DNA from: Amoebidium appalachense | Taxonomy: Eukaryota > Protista > Ichthyosporea | Assembly: GCA_963693365.1 (NCBI GenBank) | Contig: CAVNZM010000017.1 | Coordinates: 1,093,989 to 1,157,988 of the forward strand | Direction: 5' to 3' | DNA length: 64,000 bases | Shown: in pieces, positions 33,223 through 64,000 of the stretch | Layout: every line of letters starts with the position of its first letter | Numbering within the stretch: position 1 is the stretch's first letter | Made by a program: the position numbers and the translations under genes | Notes under the pieces: generated by a model | The model's database searches: none | What the model was told of the DNA's origin: nothing | What the model saw: only the letters and a program-made list of their open reading frames with translations

Positions 33223-33607
33223 TCGTTGGTGTGAATGTTGCGCTTCGGAGTTCGGAACGAAAATGTGCACGTGGGTGTTTAGTTGCTTCTTTGGTATCAA
33301 CGAGCGCAAGTGCCTGCAGGTCTAAAGGAGCATCCTAAAGAGCCCACACACTATGATTTCAAGTTGTACAACTCCGTGCACACACACTAGGCTGTATTCG
33401 GTATATTCAATTTTGCACAGCAATCGCCCCTATGCTCAGACAGCAATCATTCCGTGTGTGTACAGTTATTCATTGCAAGTCCACGCAGGAACTCATGCAA
33501 TTGCGCACACTGACTAATCCATGTGCACACAGTTAACTAGCTCATGTGCATACAGTAACTTACCCGTTTGCACAAAGTTAACTAATTCATGTGCACACAG
33601 TGGCACC

Positions 33608-36928
<3,321 letters not shown>

Positions 36929-37108
36929 AACTGCCCTTCACCAACCACCAAGTGATTTTAAAATCTAATTTAATAGATTTATATGCTAGCTTGGTGGTTT
37001 TGTGGTTGGGCGCTTTTGGAGTTTCCCTCTTGCCAGTGCTGCTAGCACGTGCACTTTGGCACGTGACACCTGCCATATTTGGTGCAATCATTGCCATATT
37101 TAGGCATG

Positions 37109-37172
37109 TGCCTGCAGCAAGAATGACGACTTTCTCACAAGCCCAATGGGTCGGGGGGGTTTGATAAAGGCA
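37109..37172 (+). promoter_or_regulatory. SECIS element (type II) in the 3' UTR of the PUB gene
   Basis: ATGAC (37123-27) / TGAT (37162-65) GA-quartet core; helix GACTTTCTC:GGGGGGGTT; unpaired AA at 37139-40, 11 nt above the core; apical mini-stem GCCC-AAT-GGGT; lower helix TGCCT:AGGCA. Confidence 0.82.
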
Positions 37173-38603
37173 GCCGTGGAATGCTTTTTTTTTTGGGGGG
37201 GGGCCTTCTTTTTTTATTTTTTTTTATTTTTGAGTGGGTGGGTGTCTTCCTGCGCCCCGGGGGGGGGGGGGGGGGGGGGGGGAGGGGGGAGCTCTTAATG
37301 GCAGACTTGCCTAATATCGTCGTTTTAGGTTAGCTTTGCACGGCCTATATATATGCTTAACAGTCACGCATGTATACTGATTCTCACGCATGTTATTTTA
37401 ACCTCTATCTGCAATTGTATGCCTGACTTCAGAGCTTAGCCTTTTCTGTTGCATGTATTCCTGGTCACACGGCTGCGAATTTCCACGTGTTGTGCATAAT
37501 AAACTGGGCTGATTGATACTGCATGTATGTTCATGCACCAAGTTTGTCGACTTATGTATGGCATGGGCTGGCCATGGCCAAGCATGCGCTTTCCGGACGA
37601 AACACATCTATTACCTGGTGTGACTTTGCAGTTGAAGACTCGCCTCTGCAGCCACTGTGCTCACTGATCCCGGGTGGGCATCATTGCATCACTAAGTAAG
37701 TTGAAAGGGCCCTGTGTGTGTGGACATGGCTTACCAGGATGACATGTGAGATGTGTGTGACACGTTCACGTGGTGGCTGGCTGTTTAGCAAACGTCTTAA
37801 TGCAAGTTGGTGCAAATGATCCTGGATAAGGGTCTTGATGTGACCAGAATTCAATTAAGGGTGTGGTTATGTGACTGAAGTACAATAATCAGACGCCGCA
37901 ACGGGTGTAGCTTTGGAAATTGAAAAAAAAACGAATCACCCGATTGTAGGGCTAGCAGTTTTGCACGAAAAGGCAAACCAGCACTCACAAACAGGAAAGG
38001 GAAGGCGGAAAAGCATACTCGCTAGCCTGTTCTGCGAAAGGGTTCATATCACGACAGGCCTTTGTGGTGACAGCTAGGCGAATGGGCCATGAGGGAGAGG
38101 GGGGGGGAGGGGGGGGGGGAGGGGTGAGGTGAGCCTGAAGAACGCCAACTGTCATATATCTCTTTTCGTCTTCCTTCCCCTCTCTTGTTCCCATTTCCGA
38201 TTAAGGGAGAGTAGGGATCACCAATGTGATAGTGTGTGGGGTGGTTGGGTAGGTGGGTGGGTGGTGGTGGTGGTGATGGTGGTGGTGGTGGTGGGGGGGG
38301 GGGGGGGGGGGGGGAGGGGGAGGGGAGGGGCGAGGTTTGCACAAAAACGGTTCTGATGTCAGAGCACAGCTCCATAAATATAATTTTGCAGGCAAGAAGT
38401 CAGCCCCATACGTAATACACAGAGCACAACCCGTGTGCTGTCAATACAAAAAGACGAAAAAGCTCTTATATATTGGGTTAAACCAGATTCAGAAAAATTC
38501 AAGTATACAGTGAGTCACCTTCATTCCTAAAAAGTAGAGTTTGGGAAGCTTAGGGGTCACCACGGTGCTTTCCCAGAGTAAAACAAACACGGTTTTTGTG
38601 CAT

Positions 38604-38981
38604 CTACTTGTTTGACGTGTATTTTGTCACGGCCTTAGTACCCTCAGACACGGCATGTTTTGCAAGCTCACCTGGAAGAAGCAAGCGCACAGCCGTCTGA
38701 ATCTCGCGTGAGGAAATGGTCGACTTCTTGTTGTAGAGGGCCAGCTTGGAAGCCTCGCCAGCAACGCGCTCGAAGATGTCGTTTACAAACGAGTTCATGA
38801 TAGACATTGCCTTGGATGAGATACCGGTGTCGGGGTGAACTTGTTTGAGAACTTTATAGATGTACACGCTGTAGCTCTCCTTTCTCTTCTTCTTCTTCTT
38901 GTCTCCCTTCTTGGCACCGGCGGCGGGGGCGCCACCCTCCCCGGCCTTCTTTTCGGCTTTCTTTCCTCCCTTGGGCGGCAT
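38604..38981 (-). CDS. H2B: Histone H2B, intronless, 125 aa
   Basis: [40 protein letters not shown]...[33 protein letters not shown]; ATG at 38981. Confidence 0.98.
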   Translation of the reverse strand: MPPKGGKKAEKKAGEGGAPAAGAKKGDKKKKKRKESYSVYIYKVLKQVHPDTGISSKAMSIMNSFVNDIFERVAGEASKLALYNKKSTISSREIQTAVRLLLPGELAKHAVSEGTKAVTKYTSNK

Positions 38982-39059
38982 GTTGGCGTGTGTACGTGTG
39001 AGTTGTTTCGGTGGTTCGGAAAACGGTGGGTTTTTTTGACTGAGGTGCAAAAATGTGCG

Positions 39060-39285
39060 ACAAAGTATATATATTAAAACAACGAATCGGGTCTAAAGAT
39101 TACGCCAATCAAAAGCTATTAAAAGCGGATCGGATGCATCAAAACAACCAACCGTTACGCGTTAACAGAAGATCGGATGGGGTATTTTGAGCAATCACAT
39201 TGCAGATCGATCCAGTCAAGAACTACCAATCATAAGTTTGGCGGATCGGTAACACCGATTCATCATGTGTGGTGACGTCATGCTT
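39060..39285 (-). promoter_or_regulatory. H2B upstream promoter region
   Basis: TATATATA at ~39066, CCAAT at 39105 and 39226, GCGGATCG at 39125 and 39241, TGACGTCA at 39273. Confidence 0.55.
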
Positions 39286-39695
39286 TGCAGCTGAGTTCAC
39301 GTGAGGCCTGAAGTTGTCACTGTTTGACACACTGGCTTCAAGAGTAGCGCAGCAGGACTTTGCACCATCCCATACGCTTACCAATAGAACTCATACAACC
39401 CGTGCACTATTGTACAGCAAGCTATTTAATTTGGGTCTACGACTAGCTGGAGTAACTCTCTCCAGCCGAGAAACTCTCCGCCGGCATGTCAGTCTTTTCC
39501 GTGACCTGACATCGCGGAGAACCGGCTTTGCCGCATCTACCGGGTTCGACCATAAAGCATCAATATAGGCGCCCCCCTTCCCCTCCCCTCCTTAACCCCT
39601 CCCCCCTCCCCCCTTCCCCCCCCCCCTCCCCTCTTTTCTCCGGGCTCAGACCTCCTCCCTGGTTCACACACAAACACCACATGTGTGCATGGTTA

Positions 39696-39800
<105 letters not shown>

Positions 39801-40298
39801 GCCTCTGTTTACCTCCCCATACCGGCACTTCTCAGAGTCCACCACTGTTAAGACACACATGTGTGCTTGCTTTCCCACACACATGAACACGCAGGCACAC
39901 ACACAAACATACAAACACATGCACGCACACATACAAACATGCATACGCATACAAGTAGAGACATGCCCACACACCGTGTGCGTGCGTGCGTAAGCGCAGC
40001 ACCCGCACACACACACCACCACTACCACCACCGCCCGTCTCTTTCCGCTACCATCTCTGATGCCATTCTTCCAACACTGTCCGAGTGAAGTTTCTATCCC
40101 GGCAACTTAACTGTCTCTCTCTCTCGTTTTTCCTCCCTCCTAACTAGTCTTCGATCATACCCCCCCCCCCCCCCCCCCCCCCCCAGTGCCCCCCTTACAC
40201 CCCGCCTTCCCCCCCCCCCCCACCCCCCTCTCTCCCTCCCCCCCCTCCCTCCCCCCGCCCACACATACACGCATTCTACCCAGTGTTCCACAGCCAGC

Positions 40299-40329
<31 letters not shown>

Positions 40330-42159
40330 AGGGTTATCCAGTACCACAGTTCTTACTGAGTTGGTCCTTGCCATTGTGATGGTCTAACTTAACCCACTCG
40401 AGATCCCCTCCTTCCCGGCCCCTTCCCCGGGGAAAATGCCGGGAAGGGGCCCCTTGAGCACACTCACCCCCTACCCCACCCCGTGTAACAACTTCCGGTA
40501 CTGGTCTGAGCAATTTTCTGCCACAACCCCCCCCCCCCCCCCCCCCCCCCCCGGGGATAGGCCACAATGTTTTTCACCTCTTCAATTGGGTTTTGGTTCT
40601 TCGGAATTCCAGTACATACTCTACAGAGCTCTTTCTCTCTCTCTGGGAATTACACGCTATTTCCCGTTAGACTAATTAGTTGCCCCGGCCCACGGTTGCG
40701 ACAGAGGGCCCTACTCAGGGCCCCCGCACCACCCGCCCATCCAAGCACCCCCACCTTTCCCTTCTTTGCCTTCCTTGAAATTCCTTCAATTGAATTGCTC
40801 TGTAATACAAATCCCCTCGCAGGGCCTTCTCTTTCCCCCTCCCCTCCCCGTTTCCTTCCCCCCCTCCCCCCCCCCCCCCCCCCCCCCCCCCCCACCACCA
40901 CCACCACCACCACCACCCCCTCTCCCCCCCCCTCCCCTTTCCCACCAGTCCCCCTTTTGTTTTGTTTTTAGTTTCCCAAGGGCTGTGCGTGTGTGTGGTG
41001 GTGGTGGTGCCAGGGGAGAGGGGGGGAGGGGGGGGGGTAGCTAACGGTGGTAACGGCTGGTATTCTGTCCGACATTACCATGCATGATGCATCTAGAGAA
41101 GCTAGAAGACCCAAAAAATCTGCTTGAATATCGACGGAGTAAAAATAAACAAGAGCGCAGATCACAGTACCTGTTCTATCCGGATCCCCCCTCCTCCCCC
41201 CCCCCCTCTCGGCTTGTGTACAACGCTTATTATTTTGGAAACGTCACAGTGTGCACCTTATTCACTGATGCGCATCATGACCTATAGTAGACAAACACAT
41301 AACTGCAAATGTCTGTGTGCCAGTGCTTGGCAGAGACTTACGATAATGTTCATTAAAAAAAGATATTTATAAAATATAAAAAAAGTAGGAATAAAAAAAC
41401 TGAAGATAGTAGGAATTAGAACTAAAAAAAGTAGGAATAATAAAACTAAAAAAAGTTAGGAATATTGGCAATTGGTGATTCAAAGTTCATGCACGTCAAC
41501 ACTACCGTACAGTAATAGGCACGGTCCATGATAAGTGAGCAGATATGATCATTGCAATACATAGAAAAAATTTATGTGTGCTTTGTGCTACTAGCTTCAC
41601 ACGTACAAAAGCTCGAGAAAAGGACACAGAATTTGCTGCATGTGTGCGCACATTTCTACTGGTCTTTGGTGAAATGCAACTCCCCCCCCCCCCCCCCCCC
41701 CCCTCAATCCCCCCAACTCCTTGCCCCTCTCCCCACCACCTCCTACCCCCCCCTCCCCCCCCCCCCCCCCCCCCCCCCCCCGTCAATCCCCCCAACTCCT
41801 TCCCCCCTCCCCCCTCCCCCCCCCCCCCCCCCCCAGGGTAACCCATTCAAAACGAGGCGAACTGATTAATCCTATCTCCTGTCTACCATACAAAAAAATA
41901 ATTACAATCAAGCCTTGCTCGGCACGCGTACGATAGCTAGTAGATAAGCTACATAGGGTAAATCTGCCGCGGCATATCATACGAAGTACCGGGTTAATAA
42001 TAACACTTTGCGGTATAGTTTTCAGTAATTCATGACATGCGGCAAAAGCATTGAAAAAATGCAAAATTGAAACACCACGTATTCCCATGTTCAAAAACGG
42101 TTGGATATATCACTGAAACTTTGCAGGATAATCTAGTAGGTCCGCAGAATTTAACACAC

Positions 42160-43509
42160 CTATTCATCAGCATACGAACACCTCTCCCCCCTCTGGTAGT
42201 ACACAGCCCAACACACCCAACACAACGGCTGACGGGGCGAAAATGCAGCGTCCCAAAAACACTCCAAAGGCAGCACTCGAGTACAACCCACACAAGTCAC
42301 TCCGTCCATTTTCCCAGCCTTTGCCACCGATGAATTTTTATGTTTTTTGGGGTGTGAGGAAGCGTGGGTAGAAGAACTTGGGGTAGATATCGAGTCGAGA
42401 ATATCTGTAGGAAGAAACGGGACGAAGAGGTAGTGTTCGGCAGGGCCCAGGCGCGGACGGCCTGCCGAGATAATCTCAGAGTAGATATTCCTGTAGAGGG
42501 AGGCGTATTCTGCGGATGCGCGATTCAGTTCGCTCACGATTGAGTCCTTTTTTGGGCACTTCCTTGTGTCTTCCCGTTCGAGAGCGGTTTTGTAAATTTG
42601 AAGTGTGCAGTACGCGTTTGCGGCTACGTATTCGCACAGAATTTGGGCTATATTTCCCGTGGATGGGATTTCCTTCCACAGGGCGCCTGGTATTTTCCTG
42701 TTCGCTTCCGGTAAAAATTTCCGTTTTGCTTCCTCGATTTTCATTTCCAATTTCTCGAATCTTTCCACCATCTCCGGTTCTGAATCACTCATGGTTCGTT
42801 TGACAGTCTCCGAAAGCCTTTTCAGTGGAACAATATACCGATAAAGCACCTTCAAATCCATTTGCTCTGAATGACGCCGTGTGAAAAACTCGGAAATAAC
42901 CGTTTTTCTCTCCTCCGATTCGTATGTCTCGCCGTTCGCGTCCCGGACCAAAATATCCAAAAGTTGAACGTCGTGGATGGGTGTGCAGACGTTGTTGGAT
43001 GGGGCAAAACGTTCAATGGCAGCGCATGGAATGCGTGAATCGTACATCAATTTCGTAATTTTCTTGTCGAAAAACACTTGTTCTCCCACCCATGTCTCAA
43101 GAACTGCAAACATGCCTCCGCACAAAACGACGTCGATTACCAAATTTGCATGGTCGCTGGATATACCGAGATATGAAATTTCGCTCCTGTTCTTGCTGAG
43201 GAGATTTGAGCCGAAAAGTGAAACCCCAACGACCGATCTTTGGTTGTGCGGGATACCCAGACGTGCGCTTGAAAATTCGCGCAAGAAATTTATGTTGTCG
43301 CAGAGCGTGTACTCAAACGGGGTTGTTTCGTAGTCTAATGAGAGCAAACTATCTTTGCTTTCGCTCTTGAGGTCTCTGGGTCGAATTTTGAAGTTTTTCT
43401 CGAAATCTTTCTCCTTGGGTTCGAGTTCGAAATTTTTGTTCCAAAAAGACGAGGAAGAAAAGGATTTAAGGGCAGGTTTGGCTGAAACTTCTTCTAAATG
43501 TCTCTCCAT
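42160..43509 (-). CDS. Intronless EXD1/Egalitarian-like DEDD 3'-5' exonuclease-fold protein, probably catalytically dead
   Basis: 449-aa ORF with ordered DNA_pol_A_exo1-like blocks VVGVSLFG, KITKLMYDSR, IHDVQL, LW...EYVAANAYCTLQIY. The acidic residues of ExoI and ExoIII are replaced. Confidence 0.65.
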   Translation of the reverse strand: MERHLEEVSAKPALKSFSSSSFWNKNFELEPKEKDFEKNFKIRPRDLKSESKDSLLSLDYETTPFEYTLCDNINFLREFSSARLGIPHNQRSVVGVSLFGSNLLSKNRSEISYLGISSDHANLVIDVVLCGGMFAVLETWVGEQVFFDKKITKLMYDSRIPCAAIERFAPSNNVCTPIHDVQLLDILVRDANGETYESEERKTVISEFFTRRHSEQMDLKVLYRYIVPLKRLSETVKRTMSDSEPEMVERFEKLEMKIEEAKRKFLPEANRKIPGALWKEIPSTGNIAQILCEYVAANAYCTLQIYKTALEREDTRKCPKKDSIVSELNRASAEYASLYRNIYSEIISAGRPRLGPAEHYLFVPFLPTDILDSISTPSSSTHASSHPKKHKNSSVAKAGKMDGVTCVGCTRVLPLECFWDAAFSPRQPLCWVCWAVYYQRGERCSYADE

Positions 43510-43710
43510 TTTTTCTCCATTTTTTGTAGCTTTGTGATTGACTCGGTAGGTGTAAGTTAACTCTGAACTATTGTGAAGTACGGTACTGGAATCCGGAATA
43601 TATGTGCATGTGCAAGTGGGTCGCCATTAACCCGCAGCCACGTGCGCACCTGGGTGTGGGCTTGGAGCTCAGCGCATATCTGTTAATCTTATGTAACTCG
43701 AATAGACTGG

Positions 43711-43759
<49 letters not shown>

Positions 43760-44055
43760 TATGTTCTGGTGTGATTATGGCTTTGAATCACACTAATAGT
43801 CAATAGCTGTAGGGCAACTGCTGAACGGTAATATTACTGCGGCACGCTCTCATGTGATAAGAATATTGTTTTGAATTTTTGTATTAAAGCCTGTACTTAT
43901 ACAAGAAAATGAGTGCAACGCGTATATGTGAAACACGACAGAGCCTTTTTCCATTAGCGAGATTGAACAATGAAGTTTAGTCAGTCGAGTCAGTCAAGTG
44001 TACATAGGGCTGATCGTATCCCACGAGCCCCACTACACGAACACGAACACGGGAT

Positions 44056-44115
<60 letters not shown>

Positions 44116-44405
44116 TCACCTCCCTCTTTTATCTATAGAACTTCTCTGTGCATGACATGGCACTACTGAGTACATAAAACACTGAAAAAGGTAGGAATAT
44201 ATGTGTACATGTGTGTAATGCTTGACGACCTTTTAAAGAATTGGGTAGTTAAAAAAATAGACTGAAAAATCATTTAAAAATCCCCGTGCACCTGCATGGA
44301 CAATGTGCATGTATGCATATGGTCTCTCGTCACGGTGAAAACTTTAGGTGTGGTAGTACTAGTCCACGTACACCGTGTACTAGGCAACCCTCCTATGCAT
44401 AGCAG

Positions 44406-44443
<38 letters not shown>

Positions 44444-45251
44444 CCCTCCCCCTGCCCCACACACACACATACTTAAATGTGCACACGCACACACACACGT
44501 GCATACACATCGGATAGTAAATTTAACAGGGGGCCGGGTGGTTCTTAACATATATAATTTCCGTAAAGTGGCCACGCGTACTTGCATACGTGATGTGCAC
44601 ACACAATATCACCTATAATCAGACATATAGCTATCCAAAGCACACTCGAGCACCTTCAAGTTGTGTACATGTTCTGATATAACACCATGCCTTTCCGATA
44701 ACTGACATTCTCATGTACATGAGACAGAACACGTGATTCATGTATGACACATAATGTCATTAATGACACGCGTGTCGGAAACATACACACACACACTTGT
44801 AAATTAGAATCACACCTACACACACACACTGTCTACACACACTTACACATACACACGTGCTTATACACACATTTACACACATATTATACACACACCACCA
44901 CCATTTTCATACACACTGAACTACACAGACACCCAGACACACACACACACACCCACCCACCCACCCACCCACACACCCACCCACAGTCACACACTTACAC
45001 CCACGCCCACTCAATGGCATCCACCCACCACCCACACACCAATTTGGCATGCATGATCACCCGCACCTAATAACACACACGTATTTTATCATGGACTCAA
45101 AAGACGGCCGAAAGGAAAAACAAAAACACGGCCCCTTTATTTGTACAGACAAACATTGCGTCCCACACATCACTGAAAGCCACCATCCAATCAAATTAAG
45201 ACATCTGGCCAACCAGGGCCCAGACACGTGATTTTCGGCCAATCAAAACAT

Positions 45252-54662
<9,411 letters not shown>

Positions 54663-55106
54663 GGCTGTGTACGTGTGTGTACGTGTGTGTGTGCGTGTTT
54701 GTATGTATGCACATACGTCGGTGTTAGTGTGTGCGTGTGTGTGTACGTGTACGTGTGTGTGTGTGCATCTCTGGTACATGTGTATGTACGTGTGTGTGTG
54801 CGCGTGCATGTGTGCGTGTGTGTGTATGTGTGTGTGTGTGTGTGTGCGCGCGCACGTGTTTAGGAGTGTACACGTATGTGTGCATGTGTGTATGTGTATG
54901 CAAATGTAAGAGTATGTGCGTGTATGTACGTGTTTGCGTGTGTGTATGTGTGTATGTGTGTACACGTGTGTGGAGTGTGAGCACGTGCATGTATGTGTGT
55001 GTGTGCGGGAGGGGCGGGGGCGGAGGGGTGTGCAAGTGGTTTTCGGTTAATCAAAGGTTTATGGTTGAAAGGTGTATGCGCATGGGTGTGTACAGATATG
55101 AGCTTA

Positions 55107-55159
<53 letters not shown>

Positions 55160-55168
55160 ATGTGGTGT

Positions 55169-55200
<32 letters not shown>

Positions 55201-55870
55201 TCCATGTGTACAAAGGGGTGTCAACGCAATGATTGTGCACTGCGCGGACACACATGAGATGGCAGGGAAGAAGGCCCCGATCGATACAGATACCCAATGA
55301 GAAACTGTGGCTTCATATGAACTTAGAGCGAAAAAAGCACTATTGAGGCGTAAAATGTCTACAGTGGGGCAGGGAAACAGGTGGGGCAGAAACGGAGAAG
55401 GAGTGAAAAAAGGGGAAAAGGAGACAGGAGGGAAAACGAGGGGGGGGGGGGGGGGGGGGGAGGGGTCTCTCGAGAGTAAAGGGGGAAGGGAGGCGTGTGT
55501 GAGGTAGAGGGGAGGGGGGAAGAGAGAGAGGGGGCAGGTATGAGAATCAGGGAGGGAAAGAAGGAGGGAGGCAGTGTGTGTGAGGGATGGACAGGAGAGT
55601 GAGAGGGAGTAAGGGAGGGAGGGATTGAAGGAGCGGAGGTAGTCAGAAGAAGAGGAAGTGAGGGAGGAAGAGAGCAGAAAGGCGATGGGGAGGGCGGGAA
55701 AAGGTGGAAGTAAAAGAAGGCGGAAGAGAAAAAGTGAGAGGGAAAGGAGGGGGGGAGGAGGGGGAGGGGGGTTAAATCCAGGAAACGAAGAAGGGAAGGA
55801 GACACTCACTAAGGTTTGTCGAGTGGGGAGGGAGGAAAGGGGGGAGGGGGGGCGGGGGAGGGGGGCGGGG

Positions 55871-55906
<36 letters not shown>

Positions 55907-55989
55907 GAGTGAGGAGGAGGAGGGCGGGAGAAAGGGGGGGAGTTATACCTGCTATTGGCTATAAGAGCTATATTTTTATGATGTTTTGT

Positions 55990-57200
55990 TTTCGGTGCCT
56001 CTCTCCTCCTGTAACACACTTCTTCTATGACCTTCTCGATCACTATAGCAAGACCTTAGATCAATCACCAGTAAACCCAAAGCCTATAGCTATCTCAACT
56101 TGGCACTTGAAAACAACAAAATCAGTAATTCCTGATAACTAAAATGATAACAAGAACTAATTGTTATCAGAATTTAAATCACATCCAGAAAAATGGAGAG
56201 AGAAAAACACGCGTACGGGCCAGCAAAACGTGCCGCTTGAAGGAACTGTGACGAAAGAGCAAGGGCTCACGGACTTGCCCGCCGTGACGAACTCGAATTA
56301 ATCATCCTTTATAATCGCTACCTCGAAAAAGGCAAACATCGAGGAGTTGTAATAAATGCGGAGTACTAAAATTTTTGACCAAATCATAGATTTATGAGCG
56401 TAACATATAATGCCTATTGCTACTATTTACCTACATTTGTGCTATATTTTTAAGAAAATTCAGTCGTTTTGCACTCTGCTTCTCAGATGCACCTTACCCG
56501 TCCAGAGACAATATCGAGGAAGAGATTTGATGATACTCGCAAGAGAAGTGGCTTGTACTAAATATAGATATATTAGGTTCCAGAGATCTATAAATAGATT
56601 AAGCGAAAAGGCAGTGGGCCTAGAAAACGCGCCAAAATCAGAGACTGCTACAGGTGATTGGATGTGTATCAGGTACCAGAATTCTGCATTCCATTGACAC
56701 AGACGCCTCCATGTCGGTATAAATTTCACAACATGTTTTCAGACTTATAAATAGTATATAAAGTTGTATTTAACTCATTTAATGCCTCATATCAAATTTA
56801 TTTAGTTATTTATAATTTGAGAAGCTTTACCTGTAGAAGTTCAACGCCATTATTTCCCAGGCACTCATTTCTCTCTCACTAGGTATTTGCCACCCTCAAA
56901 AGTATTTCTACTGGAATGTTACTAGAATAACCACTCTCTAACGTCACTCTAAAGGCACATCCCATTGGCTATAACTGTTTATGTTTTTGAAATCAGGTGC
57001 CGCAATAAACTTAGATCTTGCTGCCGCATACCACAGTTTGTTTCTGTAGCATAACATGGTCGTACACTGCCGCCAGCGAGCGCACAACCTCCACGTTTGA
57101 AGGGCGGGTTCGTCGCATTTAGCATCCATCAAGATCTTTCCCAATTTTGTTTTTAGTTACTTTTCGCTTACAGAAAGAGCCTTTCTGGACATTTCTTTTC
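55990..57200 (+). pseudogene. Decayed retroelement gag/protease-like segment
   Basis: Stop-riddled frame containing VIGCVSGTRILHSIDTDASMSV*ISQHVFRLI (~56654-56750; retropepsin IDTGAS-like) and later GAAINLD. AT-rich and microsatellite-free. Confidence 0.45.
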
Positions 57201-57858
57201 GTGTTCAGGAATGGCACTTTTCAGAGCTGCCGCCGCCCTCTCCCTTGGGGTGGTGGTGTGTGCACAAAGTAAGCACCCCAACCTTCGTTTCTCTTGACGC
57301 TTTGAAGTAAATTTGCCACATCCCACCAGAATCCACACAAAACACTGCACCTGTTACACTAGGCGTGTCGTTATTTTCGAGTAGCTACAATTTCTTGCTT
57401 TAAGAGAAAATATTACAGGTGCTCGCGTATTAGAAACGAAGCGTGGTGTGTCAAACAAAGACAACTCTGTTCCTCTTCACGTCCAAATTTGGCCTACCAC
57501 TGGAATTCAATACAGTGGAATACTCGTATCTTTTTGCCGTTATTTAGGGAAGGATAAGCTTGCGTACTTCTTCTGCAATCTCTGTTTCGTTTTAGCTTTT
57601 GTAGACTGCGTTCATATTAAAGTACTACTGTCAAAGGAACCTCACACACACGGCGTTGACAACTCTGTCAAGCTGTTGACAGAGGGGAATTACCAGCAAC
57701 ACGCACCATGCATGCATATACTCAGACGTCCACAACTCATATGGGCCTCACAAGCACGCGGCACAAAAAAACTAGCACACTTGGTTGCACGAGTCCGTGT
57801 ATTGATATGCTCACAGCACAGTGCTCACACAGTATTTCAACCTGAGACACAACAATGT

Positions 57859-57930
<72 letters not shown>

Positions 57931-58439
57931 CGGCACAGGCTGCATGCACACACAACTTTTTCGCTAAATTTCGCAGGCACACCAGCACACATGCGCCGTG
58001 TGCCAGCATGTATAAGTACCCTGTTTTTCTTGCACATATCCTTTACGTAATTATGCGGCAAGTCACACATTCAACTTTGAAACACCTCCCACATGCCGTG
58101 AGCACACGCCTCAATTTATACACGCTGTGCAGACCCACACATCTATAAAATCTATGCACATGATGCATTTTTCACACACTTCGAGTATGCAGTTGCACGA
58201 AAATACGACTGTTGCCGAACTTTCTTGGCCAGTTCAATAGGAATAATGCTTACACTGTAATGTCGTACCATGCATACCTCTTGTTCACTCTTTGCCGGTC
58301 ACAAATGAAGATAGTATTTCAAGAGTACCCCTACCCACACTCCCCGCCCTCCTCCCTAGCGTCTCTTCCAAACAACACAAATCCATATTCTTTCATTTAA
58401 ACTCGATACGAAACTCACAATCCACACACACATCCACAG

Positions 58440-63993
<5,554 letters not shown>

Positions 63994-64000
63994 GTGAGTA

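Noticed and set aside
32993-33338. ~110-codon open frame on the - strand upstream of the PUB gene
   Set aside because: Partly made by a 39-bp duplication; no domain or splice partners identified.
38440-38603. Histone 3' stem-loop
   Set aside because: No 6-bp stem/4-nt loop matching the consensus.
55990-57200. Alternative genetic code with TAA/TAG as Gln
   Set aside because: Intact genes in the window stop at TAA and TAG; decay is the simpler explanation.

Overview
Eukaryotic nuclear DNA with GT-AG introns stuffed with poly-G/poly-C, (CA)n/(TG)n and (GA)n tracts; most of the ORF track is microsatellite noise. The gene content is consistent with a unicellular opisthokont, but the organism cannot be fixed from this window. 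Genes spliced by hand: a C2-domain sterol glucosyltransferase-like gene (-), NR2C2AP (+), a 179-aa PUB-domain protein (+), histone H2B (-), an intronless EXD1/Egalitarian-like DEDD-fold ORF (-), a MAM33/C1QBP-like gene (-), and a Cys-rich/Pro-Thr-rich protein with SdrD-B-like repeats running off the right edge (+). Mobile DNA: a Ty3/gypsy element cut in its integrase by a related non-autonomous LTR element, a four-LTR tandem TRIM with a copia-type half-tRNA primer site, a decayed APE-RT LINE ending on (CA)n, and older fossils. Top finding: the PUB gene ends GGC-GGC-TGA-GGT-TAA (Gly-Gly-Sec-Gly-stop, the SELENOS-type tail) and has a canonical SECIS about 195 nt downstream. It is a candidate selenoprotein with a p97/VCP-binding PUB domain, a combination I do not recognise as a described family. 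All calls were made by eye; no searches were run.
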